From: Catajapyx aquilonaris
Taxonomy: Eukaryota
NCBI GenBank assembly: GCA_000934665.2
Contig: KZ538163.1
Span: forward strand, 1 to 64,000
Length of the DNA: 64,000 bases
Direction: 5' to 3'
The notes below the pieces were generated by a model. It saw only the letters and a program-made list of their open reading frames with translations, ran no database searches and was not told the origin of the DNA. Below, in pieces: positions 25,141 to 39,360 of the stretch (positions are counted from its first letter, which is position 1; every line of letters starts with the position of its first letter). The position numbers and the translations under genes were made by a program.

Positions 25141-26504
25141 AACTCGCTTGAAAAGGTCCAATTGCAGTTGTGAAGCTCCCATCGGAAAACTGCCACCGAA
25201 GCTTCCTCAGCTAGAATTAAATGCACGTTTAGGTGAGCTCACATTAGGCGAGCTCTCTTTTTTGAGGGTGCTATACAGGAGGATGTGCAGCCAAGTCAGA
25301 ATTACAAACTTTTTTCTGGTGGGTGGAAAGCATTGAGGAAAGGAAAGTCTGAAAAATCATGCCACGTTTGCACAGTACATAAAGTCACACATTAACCATC
25401 TATAGCGAACTTACATGGTGCAGTGCGTTCAATGCGAACCAAAATCACAAAAACCTTTCGTACAAATGGGACTTCATTCGCAAAATTAGACCTGGAACAA
25501 CAAAGATGGACGTTGAATGGTCATTTTGAAGATGGCCTGAGTGTTATTACTTCTTTCTGCAGTACCTCAAAAAAAACCCATCTCAATTCAGCTTCTGCAA
25601 GAAGAGTCATTCGTCGAATGAATCCCCACCAATGAGAGCTCTTTCAAAGAATGTTTTGTGCATGCCGATCAATGACGTACAATTATTGCGGCAGCACTTT
25701 CTCGTTTCTTTTTGTTAACATTCAACCTCCAGCCTTAGTTAAAACAATACGTGTTTACAACCGCTTCACTGACCTTATTCGGTCACAATAGCATTGTAAT
25801 CTTATTTGGCCCGAGTCCAAGACACCGGCTGAAGTGCAACCGTAATAATTATATAGGAAAGGGGCCCAAGACATAGCTTTAAACACCTCTCTGCACACAA
25901 TCTCCATAAGGGAGCATATATCTCTTCTGATGCAAAGCACGTCCTGAAGGAGTTAGGGAGGGCTTATTTCCCCGCCGATTTACACCCTGTTTCTGGTGGG
26001 GGAGTATGCACACGTACAGCTTCGGAATCCCTGCTTTGCAACTCTTCCGTAACCGAGACGGCCTGTTGCCTTAACTAATCCGCGGACAAGCAGCCAGTAA
26101 ATCAAGACCTCTCCTGCTGCCAGAGGAAAAGGAGGACGCTCAGAGGTGGGGGAAAAAAACCTGTGAAAATTTTAAGCGAAGCAACATACAGTTTGCTAGA
26201 AAACAAGTTATCATAGCTGGTGGGTAGTGGTGGAATGAGTGACATGACGTTTCCCTGTCCCCTGTGCTGGCTGAATGGGTCGCAAAACAAAATATTCATA
26301 GTGTATCAGTGCGCCAACAGTATTGTTTGTAGACCTGCAACCGGAGGGGACTTATCGATTTGATTCCTCTCTGTGTCAAATTCATGTGCAGGACCTGGCT
26401 CCCAGGTTCTGCTATTTTGCTTAAAACAAGAGAGATGCGCAACGTGTGGTGTAATATTTGGCACATTAGCAATAGGTAACCTTGTGTAAAAAATGGCTTA
26501 CAGA

Positions 26505-26573
26505 TTATTTATTCTCTTTCCAGGTAAGCATCGTTCGCCATTGTCGTTACCCAGGTTAGAACAACAGGTATGT
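26505..26573 (+). other. candidate recursive splice site (AG|GTAAG) with 44-nt cryptic exon 26524-26567
   Basis: TTATTTATTCTCTTTCCAG|GTAAGC ... ACAACAG|GTATGT: a polypyrimidine acceptor immediately followed by a donor consensus, with a second strong donor 44 nt downstream. Confidence 0.5.
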
Positions 26574-28087
26574 AGTTACCGACTCTGCATTTAGCTAACG
26601 AGTTATGCATGTTACTGCTTAAGAATTCAGTTCACTCCGAAGCAAAATTGGGCCTATAAACATCCGGAGAAAAGTGGGCTTGGACTGCAGGCTGCGTCGA
26701 AAGCAAAGCGTCTGATTGCCTGCGAAGTGACTCTGATGTTAGAGATGCAGGTCTGCAAATGTCTCTTGATACCTCAGGGTCTGTAGGGAATCGAGGGAGT
26801 AAAAAAAGAAGGAAAGATGGAAAGGGGAGGGTTGTGGGTGGGAGGAGGTTGCCCTGCCATTAGGAACTAGAGAACAGTCTTCGGTTTCCTTTTTTGATGC
26901 ACTTAGAGCAGCGATAAGATAGCTTTAATGGAGAAAGAAGAGGTTTTCACAGGAGGAGAAAAGTCAACAAAGTGTAACGAGAAATTCTTGGAAAGACAAA
27001 AAAAGAGTGGTTCTGAAATGTGGTTGGTTAGATTCCGGAGTGGGCAGCAGTTAGTCCGGAAATTGTCTCTTCCACCGCCCGAATGATTTCAAACATTTTG
27101 CGAAAAAAGGAGACGGTATCTGCATCCGGATTGTGCCCTAATTACCTAAGAGGTCACATCTCGTTTGTAAAGAGGTGGTAAAAATAAAAGGGCGCCTTTA
27201 CCATCCTGAAGCTAAAGTTTCTGAAACTAATCATTGGTGGCTTGCTGCATCGCCCCCTTTTCGTAGTCGTGTACACTACATTAGCCGCAACTCTCCAACT
27301 TGGGAATACCTTATTAAAACTATTCCGGCGTGCACGTTGCGCCAAGTTGCGGCTAATGACTTAAATGCTATTACCTTCGCTAGATTCCAGCAGGCCCCGG
27401 CGATAAGCTAAGCAAACATTCGGGTATTGAGCAAACCTTGATGCGGAGAGGAAGAGGAGGACAAACCATGGAGGAAAATCATAGGAGAGAAGTGCAATTC
27501 ATGGACCGGTGAAGTGTGCCAATAGCAAGGGCGACTAGAGTACACATTTGAACTTGAATAGTGAATGTGACGTGAAATTGAGGTATGAAAACCGTTTGGA
27601 AATTAATGCCTCGTTATATAATAAGGCAGCCACGCGCAGTGGTCAAATATTAGTTAAGCTTATCCGATAACTCATCAGATTGGTCTGTGAAGAGAGAATT
27701 TGATCGATGGAGGCGGTGAAATGCTTGTACGTAGCAAACATGATATTGCCTCAACTTAGCAATTTATGATGACGACAAAGTTTCACATCCACTTTTTTTT
27801 GCAACAGATAGTCCGATATTTATATGTTACATATTGTTAAAGCTACGAGTAAAGTTACAGTTGTTGACCCCCATGCTTGAACACCTTGTTAACGTCCATT
27901 AAAATCATGTTTTCCGGGGAGCAACAATGTCGCTCTAGTTAACCGGTGTCACCTGTGTCACGGATCATTTTCGATTCCGATTTGCCCCGCTGTTCAATTT
28001 ATGCAATTAATTACGCTGTACGCAACGTTTAATTTGAATTTAATATTTGCCGCTGCGTTGGCCCAACCTTTTACCACACAACGCTGC

Positions 28088-28134
<47 letters not shown>

Positions 28135-28156
28135 TAATAATAATAATAATAATAAT
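28088..28156. repeat. (AAT)n microsatellite, 23 units with one AAC
   Basis: Directly visible. Confidence 0.97.
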
Positions 28157-28242
28157 ATCCACTTTAATTTCTAACAAATGTTGAGTAATTCATGCTAAAG
28201 ATGCTTAGGCACTGTATAGAGCCCTATAACATATTTCTGAAG

Positions 28243-28545
28243 TTAACTGGACCGAATATTCCAAACTTCTACCTGCTGCAACAATTGCATTATTGCCATC
28301 CGACCAATGCCATGGCTTATAGCCTTATACCCTGAAACCCACACCACTCCAAATGAGCTATTTGGCCTGAGTGTTTCCTCATTCATCAAACGCGTGTGAC
28401 GACCCGCGTAACAGAACAGCCCCCCGAAACTCCCTACGTCATTATCAACACTCTGAAAGCAATCATTGTTGTTATTCATCCAGCATACCAGCCGCACAAT
28501 CAGAACCGATGTCAATCCAAGCCCAGCTCTATACACTCCCAGGCT
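28243..28545 (-). mobile_element. decayed non-LTR RT fragment (subdomains 4-6)
   Basis: VKPGSV ... NDCFQSVDN...FCYAGRH ... IMQLLQQVEVW, resembling PQGSV...ND...YADD...LQxxLxxxxxW. Confidence 0.4.
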
Positions 28546-31500
28546 TAACTACAGTCCCCCCCCCCCCTCCCACACATGTTTTAGAGTAGGATCCGCACTT
28601 GAAAAGTTTGAGCAAAGGGTTCGAGCTTAAAATGGACTTTGTGTGTGTGTGTGTGCGCGCGCTGCAAGGTAACTTTCCCTAGCTCCGTCGGAAAATACGT
28701 TCATTATGCTCCGATAGAAAGAGAAAGAGGGCCGGGGAGTTGAAATTTTGGTCCTGGGTCTAACCCTGCGCTTATTCTTCACCCCCGCTGAGGGGAGTGG
28801 TGGTATGGAGGGTGGTGGTAGGGAGGAGAAAGTTTGCAAGTGGAAAGTTTCTGTGGTTCAAATTCTGCCGTGACTCGTGCTCAGCTTATTGTGTCTGAAA
28901 CCCCCCGCCCTGCCGTTACGCCAAAGGTGGCGCGTTTAGTGCGCTCGAGAGGATAATCCGTCTTATTCCTGCGCTTTGCCAGGCTTGGCACTGTCTACCT
29001 GGTGTGCTGTAAACTGGGCTCAAATATACACAGGGTGAGACGGAAAATGTATGCACGTTCATAGGCAAACTATAGTGACTGTCCACGAAGTCCATTTCGC
29101 TCATAGATGGCGCACTCTCCCTCTCCGCACACTGCTGCCACTCTCACAGTCGTGGAGGGCGGTTGTACAAGTACTACATGCCGGACAAACAAAGGCACAT
29201 AAGCTAATTCTGTATACGGTGGCTATGGCCTGAATCAAGATTAACGTAGTTCTGACTCACCTTGTACGCCCCGGGACAGCATGATCCAGGTGATTGACTT
29301 CCAGGATTGGCCCATCCCCAATAGGCAAAAAATAGTAGGGCGGAAATTGCCATATCAGGTGCCAGGATTATTGGTAATGAGCTAATTAGTTTTGCTTCTT
29401 CATGTGTCAATTACAGCTATTGGGGGAAAATGCCGTTTCTGATGATTGCAAATTGAAAGGTAATATGCGCACTGCAAACAAAGTTTTAATCGGAGCGTGA
29501 AGCGGCAAATTGTCAGGCGCGTGACGCATCCGCGGAAAATTTTTTGGCCAAATTTGACCAGATCAACCCACTTTTTTGCACTCGAAAATATTTTGATCAA
29601 CTATTGGCAAATTTTGAGCGATACCAGTATGTCACTTATCACCGCCATTGCACCATACATTTTAAAAGTGATTTAGCTAAATATTTGACTGAAATTCGCA
29701 AGCACTATTCGCGACAAACCTTGCCAATATATTTTGAAAACCTCTCAAGTGGAGTTGCAATAATTATGCTCATAATTGGAGATAATATTTTCAATCAAAA
29801 TATTGTCTTCGTTTAAAACCTCCACGCATGAATCATAGCTGTGCTTTTTTTTCAACTTCCATGTCGATGGATTTTTCAGTCAATTTGGTTAAATATTTTA
29901 CTAAAATTAGCAGAATTATTAATTCCAGAACGGGTTCAATTAATTTGTGGTCTTTGTGCTATTTCAACCGAAGCAAGAGCGAAAACCAGCTCAAATTGAA
30001 CACACAACCGCTCAATGTAATTAGAGCATTCATTTATGACTTAGTACGCCCTTGTAGTTTGCAGTATTGCGCGCCAATTAATATTCTCAAAAGTGGATAG
30101 CAAGCCTAGCCAATATAGACTGTTTTATGCCAGCCTTACAGCTCCCTGATAGGGTGGATCCAGTGGTGTTATCTAACGCGATATGGTAATTTTTTTTTTT
30201 TCGGTGTGGAGGATGCGAGTTTAAAATTTATGAAGATAGCTGCTCCAACTCGACTTTTCGCGATTACTGCACAATGCATGGCCAGAGAAAATTTTCCGAC
30301 TTGCTCCAGGTATTTTGCGAAAAATAATAATGCTCTCTGCAGGTAGGAAATAAACGGGTTCTCGGGACGGGCCCAACTTGGTCCAAAATATGTTATAAAA
30401 CCAGGTTTAGCGCAGTTTGACGCCCATTCTGCCCGGGTTTACTATAGGTCCTTTTTTTTCCTCCCTCCGTGTGAAAAACGGAGCTTTCTCTCGCCTGCAG
30501 GTCACAAACCTTGTCGTGGTTGGAATTTTGGCATAGTGCGGATATTCGTCCGAGGTGCAGTTTGAATAAAAAATCGGGCTCTCTACGAGTTGGGTGTATG
30601 GTGCGGCTTTTATGGATTTTTGCCCCCCCCCCCTCCCTTTACCCCTCCAACTTTGCTCCACTGGCGTATCTCAGTGTGCTGTAGTACATCTTGCCAGTAC
30701 ATTAATTATTACGTGCCGGTAAGCTACAGGCCCGCGTGTATTACCAGCCTTGATGTAATATGTAGCTATTATTAATTTGTGTTGCAACTTTCAAGGATCA
30801 GGGATTTTACCCGTCGCGTGTAGTCATTAACATTATTGCGACCGGGTGCACAATTTACCTGATTTTCGTATTTTGAGGAGCGTTCCCCCTGCAGGAATTG
30901 GAGTTATGGCGTTTGCATAATGCTTCGGTTGGGTGCTGGAAAACGCCGTCAGCGCGATACCTGATGGATAATGCGGGAATGGTTTGATTTATTGAGCAAA
31001 CACGATTCAAGTTGTATTAGACAGCTGTTATAATGAAAGACGCTTGCCCATAATATGTTTAAGTAATCCGCGGTTCGGAGATTAAATAACAATGCTGTAA
31101 ATACGGTACCGTATTTCCACAATTTTGCGCTCTGAGGTGTAAATGTCTTGCGCAGCAAAAATGTGACTTATCTGACATCTGTAACTGCGACAAATAAGCG
31201 TGCCCCGAGAGCACAAAAAATATAAAAGTTGTCGACATTTGGGCATATTCCAAAGCTGCATGATCCTGCCAACAGCCTCACTAAAGCTGTTTCTTGCTTA
31301 ATGCGCTTAACTGTCAGCTTTAGAACGCGACACATCATTTTCCAGGAAGAAACTTGTAGTTGACTCCTTTTTTTAAAAAAAGGAAAAAAATATCATAAAT
31401 TGAGGATTATTTAAATGCAAGTACCCTGATGGTTTACAACAATTTCAATCTCAATTTTGTTAGCTCAGAACTAGCTATGGCCGACTAAGTGTGTCCAGGA

Positions 31501-32929
31501 TTGAACCGACACCAAAGTTCTTCACCCTCAATACCCTTATCCCATGTCGACAATTTTTCCCCCGGACTTGTGTGTGTCATCAGCAAAATTTTTATGTGAG
31601 AAAGATGTCGCTGAATTCGCAGGTTGAGTGAGCGATGGCCCCGCTTTTCCAAGCCTCCCCCAGCCCCTCCCCTCTCCATTTCACCCCGGCAGGAGATAAC
31701 TAGTAGCCTGTGGAGTTATTGTAATCAGCTTTGCTCCCCGAGTTTTAATGTTCCTCTGAGGGATTAATAAAAGCTGGAGGTGTAGGGTTGGAGGTGGGTG
31801 GGAAGTTTTCCCTCATTGAGTAGTCTGGTCGCATCCGAGCTGGAGAGGACGAGGCCATTGGAAGGTGTTTCCGCTGCATGGTCACGCCTCGTCGCGTTGC
31901 TTCGACAAGGAGTTTGCTTGCTTTCAGAGGCTTTGCTGCCCTGCACAATCCACCTAACCATTTTTTGGTGGTGGGGGCCAACCGATTTTTTGGGGATGGA
32001 AGATGTTATTCCGAAACGGTGAGCCGGCATGAATTTAGCGACTAATCTGAGAAGCCATATGCTGCAAGGAAATGTGGTTAAAACTAGTTGGCTCTTACCT
32101 TGCCATAAATATTGTCAACTGCACATGGCAGCTGTGTCTGGACCTTTTGGGAAATTTAACCCAGGCAGCATGCATGTCCGGATTCAACGTATCCTTGTTT
32201 TACGCAAATGGTTTCTATGGGAAATTATTGTTTAATACTGTTGACAATGAGAGCAGGGAAATGGATTTCCCTAATGACGCAACTGCGAGAACCCCGCCAG
32301 CAATAATCATACGGCAAATGTTAATAGGTATTTACCAAATTAATGCTTGATGTATACGGCCTTTAATCTTGTTAGAATTAAAGTCCCGGGCAGCTTCATG
32401 CAGAATGTGCTGAATTATTCAGTCCTTGGTTGGGGTGGGCCACGCACTCACAAATGAGCCGCCAAAAAATTTTCAGGCAACTGTGTGTCGTAAGTTTTTC
32501 GAGTGGGGAAAAATTCTAATAACTTGCGGTAAAGTTGAGGGGTAGAAAAAAAATTCAGCGCCTGACAGTGATAATAAAATTCCGCGCATCTCGGGCAATA
32601 TTGCCCCCCATGACTCATCTGGGACTGTCATGGAGCTAACGAAGAGAATAGGTTCCGGGAATAAGTGTCCTGAATAACACATGTTCATCTCTACTGCGTC
32701 CCAGACCAAAAAAAAACTGTCTCGCAGGTATCAATGTTGGCTGGAATACACTGCGCACTGCAGTACAATTTGACGATTCTTTACGCCATTTCCGATAACA
32801 CAAGTTGCGTATTTTTTTATCATCAGGATCCAGTGTAAAAAGTGCAAAATCGATGTTACACCGGTGCTATTTTGCATGAAGTTTTCGTATGGGCGGCGGA
32901 ACTCAGAATTATGCGCGTTTTCTCTTTTC

Positions 32930-33172
32930 ATTCAGTTGGTCCCCACTCGAATAGACGCACCAGCTTTTTGGACTGCAACAGTCGGTGTGCTGCATTATTC
33001 CCCAGTTTTTTGAACAGTGTATGAGGTCTATTTTTTGTTCTGTACGGAGTGTGCTCCTGGTGTAGTAACCCTCTGCCGGATTTTTGGTGCCTTTTCCTCC
33101 TCCCCAGGAACAATGTCCGTGTTGACTTGCGGATTCGAGCAGGGCCACTTCTTTTCTCCCAACCACATTCAT
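32930..33172 (-). mobile_element. decayed APE-endonuclease fragment of a non-LTR element
   Basis: GYYTRSTLRTEQKIDLIHCSKNW, resembling YTWxS....xQIDYIxxxxRW. Confidence 0.45.
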
Positions 33173-34674
33173 AATTCAAGGAGCTTTTTTATTCAGCCAG
33201 AGCGAATTTTAGACTGACCTTGCAGTTAACAACGCCTAGTCGCAGCTAACGCGACGGATTCGCTTCAGAGGGAAGAATAGGATAAACTGTCCAAGTGTTG
33301 AATAATCTGCATTGAATTTTTTTAAAAAAATCTACTGATGCCACGATTTTTCTTTCATTCCTTGCTAACTAATAATTTTAGGAGGTTTAGGGGTTGTAGT
33401 GCCGATAATTTTGTAAGCCCACAATGGCAATTGATCGCTTCCATTTAGTGTATTTTCCAGCGGCGCCGAGCGTGTTGTATACGTGGCGCCGGGTTAAAGG
33501 GCAGTAGCCTGCAGATTTTAATTGGATTTAACTTCATTCTGCTGTTGGAAGCTTTATATTGTTGTCATGCAAGTGATGTTGGCATGCATCTGCTCTCACT
33601 TTCATTGCGCATACAAATGAGAGGACTATCTACATGACCTGATACACGTCCAGTACGTGTTTGCAAAACTCGGAGCTATTTTGTCACAATTTTGACATTC
33701 GACAGTTGTTGTGTTCCAAATGATCGAAATGCAAACGCTTTTTGTCCCTTATAATAAAATCTGCAAGCGATTCATTATAATGCGGATACATTTTGTAGTC
33801 AAATGAACTCGCATTAGGACACAACCCGGCCTAAGGTCACGCAGCGCCATTGTTACCCGGATTTTGTTATTCTTGCAGTTGTCAATTTTGGCCCTCCGCA
33901 TTGTTCAATCCGGATTGCATTACTGCCAGCCACTGACCGTGTTAATGAACAGGATGCGGAGTTCCATGGTTAAAACAGCAGAAGTGCTGCTGCCATGTCT
34001 CTAATTGGCCCGTTATTGCAATTTTGATTACGCGAATGCTGGCCTTTAGCCAGTATAACAAGCCCGGATGCGAAAAACACTGTCATTAGATGCTGACCAA
34101 CACTCTTAATGGAGGAAAATGGGTGAAATCAAGATCGTGTCATATTGTTGGAAAACATTGTCGGAATTTTTCGGTTTGTTTTCGCCTTTTATAATTGATC
34201 TGAAACTACAGCCGTCCTTTTTTCTCTCTGTGTCTTTTGAGTCCTGGTGGGATTTCCTCATTTTCGAAGCCGTCTCCGTTACATGAAATAGTGAATTGGA
34301 AGCCGTATCAGCGTAAGTATAAGGGAGTCCCCAACCCATCACGCACGTGGCCCTTGGTCCCATGACTCCGTTTCATTAGGAGATGGATAAAGCCATCTAG
34401 AGATCAGTGCTAGTCCCAACAGTGAGAGGAAGATGAAACGGGGAGTTCAATTTGGCGGGGTGTCTTCCCCGGGGACTGCGGGTTCCCCCTGCCCCGGATC
34501 TCCCCCGCCCATCCCCCGCCATCTGCAACATGAGCCCGGATCGAAACTCCAGCATTTCGGGAGGTTGGAAAGGCCCCATTCGCCTACTCTCTCTTTTTTT
34601 TACCATTCTATGCCTCTGGTCATGCTCAGAGGCAACTAAGGCCATGAAATTCTCACGTGATCTGCCCAAGGGAT

Positions 34675-34797
34675 GGTTATAGATTAGGGTTAGCGTAACT
34701 TAACCTTCGAGTTCGATATCTTGTGCCGGTTATGGTTCGGGTTAACCTGACCTAACTTTTAAAACTAACCGCACAAGGGATCGAACTCTGGACCTTA
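34675..34797. repeat. degenerate telomere-like GGTTAG/CTAACC patch ending in a reversed B-box-like motif
   Basis: GATTAGGGTTAG...GGTTATGGTTCGGGTTAACCTGACCTAAC...CTAACC...GGGATCGAACTCTGGACCTT. Confidence 0.45.
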
Positions 34798-35699
34798 GTG
34801 GACATACTGGACTGTTGTTGACTCTGAGTCACCAAAGGTTTCCTTGCCCCACCCTGGAGGTGTCTTGGCAAGAAGGTGGCGAGAGGCAATTTCCATCGCC
34901 TGCGCCCGCAATAAGTAGGGCAGCACTTAAAAATTCCTGTCAGTTCCCAAGATCAAATTTCGCTCCGTCATCTAGCCTCCTCTTCGGCCGACGCCTGAAG
35001 GCTACACTCTCCTTCTTCCTGTGATAATCTCGGATGAAAAGGGCGCCCACGGACGCCGGGCCCTCTTTTCTTCCCTTATATTTTTTTTCGGGCGGAGACT
35101 GCTGGAGGAACTCGGGAGACGGAAAGGTCATTTCTTATTGGGGTTGTGTTGAGGTATCATTGAACCACAAATGCGCTTTGAGTTTGGAGGGACAAATACG
35201 TTCATTTGGTGCGTCCTTACAGGTTGGGCGTACATGTAAGGGAAAGTTAGCTTAACTTGGCTTAAGCGACTTCAAGGAAAAATTAGACGGAAATTAATTC
35301 GGCGAAAAGGCCTTTCGTAGTTGGTTCCCTGAATTGCGCTTTTGTTCAAAGGGTTTTCACCGAATTTCAATTTCCACGAGTTCGCCGAATTTATCGGGAA
35401 TCGAGTTGCCATTAAATGGACCGATTATATTGTACAGTATCAGTTAGGGAATTATTTTTTTCCATCAGCAGTCACACACTAATCAACATTTTGTAAATTG
35501 AAAAAAATAAGTGAACCTAACTTTGTGTTCCAAACAGCTCTCTTTCTATTCGCGGTTCGTCTTTTTTTGGGACGCGATAGCAGATGTTTGCGCGACTGTG
35601 AGACAATTCAGGCTGGCAGCCAAAGAGGGACTAACCTTCCTCCGGCTCACTACCACCCTTAAGTCACAACTTTATCGCTATCCAATAAAGTCATTGAGC

Positions 35700-36016
35700 G
35701 AATTGATCGCCGCCATCATTTAGGCCATTTCCGGATATCGATTGTCGAGGAATGGGGTGACTGGAGGCGCTCCAGTCGTCCAGCTACAAATCTCGGGAAG
35801 GTTTCAATGACTTTGGGGCTTGGCCCGGGTCCTCGGAATAGTACAGGACCGTAGATCAGGGCCGAAGATTGGGAAGGAAAAAGGGGAAAAGGAGGCAGAA
35901 AGGGTGGAGAAACTAAAAGGAGAATTCATCTTGCACAGGCTAAGATTATTAGCGCGTGATTGAACAGACCAATATTTTGCCAGGATTGTACAACAGTAGT
36001 GTGCTTGATTGTTCAA
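35700..36016 (-). mobile_element. decayed non-LTR RT fragment (subdomains 0-1)
   Basis: PIFGPDLRSCTIPRTRAK, then (frameshift) ASSHPIPRQSISGN; compare LFxxxLxSGxxPxxWK and NYRPISLxSxxGK. Confidence 0.4.
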
Positions 36017-36849
36017 TGTAATGAATCACTCTCGAGCAAACAAAATAGGGTTCGGTTATAAAAATGATAACCTACACTTTTTTTTTCTTCTAAAAACCAA
36101 AATTGAGGAGATTGCGGAGGAGTAGCGGTGAAAGTTGTACATTAAATTTTGCGCCCAATTTCACAGGAAGTCTTGCGAAACAAATTCCTTTCAGGGAAAA
36201 GTTTGGCGTTTTCTCGCTCCCCTTACAAGTTTCGTAATTAAATACTTTGTAGAGGGAAGCGTTTGCTATTTGGCGTGGAATTGAAGGTTCCAGGGAGCCT
36301 ATGCTCCAGGCACTATTTTTTTGTCCGCCCGTTTGCTTTTCTCTCTTGGGTTTTCACTTCAACACGAGACGTTGCCGGTACATTCCCTTCGGGGGACGAG
36401 ACAAATATGCGTTAAATTAATCTTCGCGTTTCTCTCCTAATGATAATACCACGTTACTATGTAATAACCAGGCCAGAAGATCAGAGGTTTAAACATATGT
36501 GGTGTCATTGTTATTACTATTCTACAATAGCTTTTATTGGCAATATCGCAGACACGTTCACTTACATTTCTTACGAGAGTGTCAGCAATAACATTGTGCC
36601 GATAGCACCTATTCCATTTTAAGCACCTTCGTAAGCATGTACTTCGCCAACACAAAAACAGTTCAGGCACTCAAAATGTTTCCGTCGAACATTTGAAACT
36701 TTGTGAAGAGTGCCTAACTCCCCTTGAACCCTAAACATGGTAGTAATTGAGTCCTGGGAATATTTGCTACTCTCCAGAGAGGTGGCCTGGGTGGAAAAGA
36801 GAGAGAGAGAGAAAAAAAAGAAGCGCAATTAGTCAGGTTCTGAGGTAAT

Positions 36850-37110
36850 GAGCCGGGTTGGTTGTGTGCTCGCAGATGTAGGAAAAGCAATTGTGGGTGA
36901 GCCTCAGGCATCCTTCCGCAAAGAGGATGCCATGCAATTCTTTAGGTGAGCGTGTGACCTCGTTCCTCACCGAGGGAAATGGCCGACGGAGCGAAGCAGC
37001 CCAGGAGTCGTAAAAGGGACTTGAGAGCACCTGCCCAATCCAAATGAACCCCCATGTTGGCCCTCCCCTGTCTGCATTCCATTACACTACTCTTTTTTGT
37101 AACTTTCTCT
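36850..37110 (+). mobile_element. decayed non-LTR RT fragment (subdomains 3-4)
   Basis: VGCVLADVGKAI ... VTSFLTEG ... HVGPPLSAFHY, matching DxxKAFD / xSFLxxR / LGPxLF in order. Confidence 0.5.
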
Positions 37111-39134
37111 AGACACCTCGCAACCCTTTTCAAAGCTACCCCTACCTTTTTCCCAATTCCATTCATGTCCTGCACACTAAAAGAGCGAAGGCGTGAAAGC
37201 TAAGGGAGTTATCAATATTTACCAGGAGTAGGGATGCGACAATGCGACAAAGTTTCGACACTCTCGCAGACGGGATGAAAAGCGGAAAAAAATTAGTTCA
37301 AAAAAGTTGGGTGGTTAGAAGTTAGTCGGGTCCGAAAAAACTTGCGACTTGACTAATTGATACCCCATCTGCATCGCAAAAAAGTTTTTTATTCCCTAGC
37401 TCTAGAAGTTAGACCGAAAATGGAAGGCAATTGAATCAAGTTCGACATCTCCATGATAGACGCAAGAAAGCACGTGCTGACACCCATCCTTGCTCCCTTA
37501 AAAAAAATTGGCCTCTCTATTTAACCCTGGCAAAGTTTTTGCGTTCAGAGCGTGATTATTATTCCTGGCCCGATATTTGCTCTGCTTTGGTAAGTACTTC
37601 ATTAAACCTGGCAGTTTTAAATTCCGTAATTAAAATCTGGGCAAGCACGGCGGCGTCACGAGCAGCCAAGCCTGAAGTCTCTCGCCAAATGTAATCGAAG
37701 TGCTTTTATTCCACCCATCCTCTTACTTCCTGCTAAATTGAACGTAATGGGAGTAAAAATTGTTGGAAATAATGCGCCGCGTAAATTCCGCGCGCTTTTT
37801 CCGCGTGGAAAAGTTGCTGAGAACTACCACCGAGGGTTATATCCGGCCGAATATTATTATCGAAAGCAATTTCGTCGAATCTGCATTATTACGAGTATCA
37901 AGTTTTAACGGGATTAACGATGCCGAAGCCTATTTGTTACCTAGTTTTTGTTGTTGTTTTTCTTCCCTCCCCCCCCCTCCCCCACCATCTCGCCGCTAAA
38001 CTTAGTTGTTACTAAATCTGTCAAGTGGGACTTTGGCGCAGAAAGGACGCCTTGAACTCGACGCTCACTCTCCATACCTGGGACTAATCCGGTTATTCCC
38101 ACCTTCATTTGAATACTGCCTAACCCTAATTACAATTTCCATCACTTGGCCTCCGGGAGCCTCGAATTTTAGGAGGAAAGTCGCTCGGTAGTACAAAGTT
38201 CCTCATTGCGAATCCGGAAGGAAATTCATCTGAATAAGGAATGGAGAGGAAGTCAAAGTCCTGTTGAGAGGAGGGGAAAGGGGAAAGGGATAAAAATGAA
38301 AACCGAATTACCTGGCTTGGCCCCGGATAACATTGTAAGTGCAGACATGCGAGAAGGCCCCCTGAATTGGACATCCGGAAACCTGGAAGCCTCGGGGGCC
38401 AACCTGGACCTATGTTAATTTGTGTCTTCCTAACCCACTTATGCAACCGGTAGGATATTGACCGTAGCATTACGTGTGATTAAAAATTGGGAAATTCAGA
38501 CAACAAAGATGTTAATTGTTACATCTCCCCGCGTTTATGGCTGGGGATATTTTCTTCGTCCTATTAAATGGCTGAACAGAGCGTGCCCGAAAGGCATATT
38601 CTAAATCAGTATCGGGTTGCAAAACTGGTCATTAAAAGTGTAAAGCGATCCCCGCTGATTAGCTTCCAGAGAGGGCTAAAAATCAGAAATATTGCGCTAA
38701 AAAACGGCACTTACCTTCCGCTTATGCACGACTTTTTTTTCACAACTCCCCTTAAAATTTTCATTTTTTTTTTCACGCCTCTATCCGACAGTCTCTCATG
38801 CAATGCAGAACAGTCGCATTGGCAGGCGCCTCCGCCGACAGTTTGTAACGACGATTGTTAAGTTCATTAATGCATTATTCCGTGCCGAGCATCTTTAAAA
38901 CATCGTGGGAGGTTCCTTTGCTTTTCTAGCAGTCTCCTCCCTAGAAATAGTTAAAAAGAGAGAGAAAGAAAAAAACAGTGGTTGCATTCCGTGCGAAAGA
39001 GGTCGTTTCGTCATGTAGGTCCCTCCTGAGCTAGCCCGTTTATAGAGCATTCCGGGCGTATTTCAAGTCGGACGCGGAATTAATAAGGCGCTGGAGAATA
39101 AGATTTTGCGGAGCGGTTTAATGGGCGTGCCGCC

Positions 39135-39360
39135 GTGGCGGTTGCATTTATTTCCGAGATTTGCCGGGCGTTTTGGGTGTGCCCCGTACTTCTCTCAAAC
39201 CCCTTTTCCTTCCTCGGTGCTTTTGCACACAAGCCCTTGGGAGTAAGAGAACGGCCGAAGGAGACGTTGTGGAGGACGGAGACAAATTATATCCGTCGCT
39301 CGAGCAATGGAGACCATGGAATTTTCCCAGGTGAGAAATGACACCAGTGTGCTTTCCCCC
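39135..39360 (+). mobile_element. decayed non-LTR RT fragment (subdomains 3-4)
   Basis: VAFISEICRAFWVCPVLL...FLG ... DHGIFPGEK; compare DxxKAFDxV and GIFQGD. Confidence 0.4.

Noticed and set aside
31480..35130. Further possible RT/integrase traces (HTSPG ~31570, MGPF ~34575, DDGAKF ~34965)
   Set aside because: Only one short motif each; indistinguishable from chance without a profile search.
37229..37398. hAT-like MITE (TAGGGATG ... ATTCCCTA, internal GCGAC repeats)
   Set aside because: The TIR match is short and imperfect, and the 8-bp flanks do not form a TSD.
37549..37589. 41-nt micro-exon (CAG ... TG|GTAAGT)
   Set aside because: Weak acceptor; such pairs are expected by chance in 64 kb.
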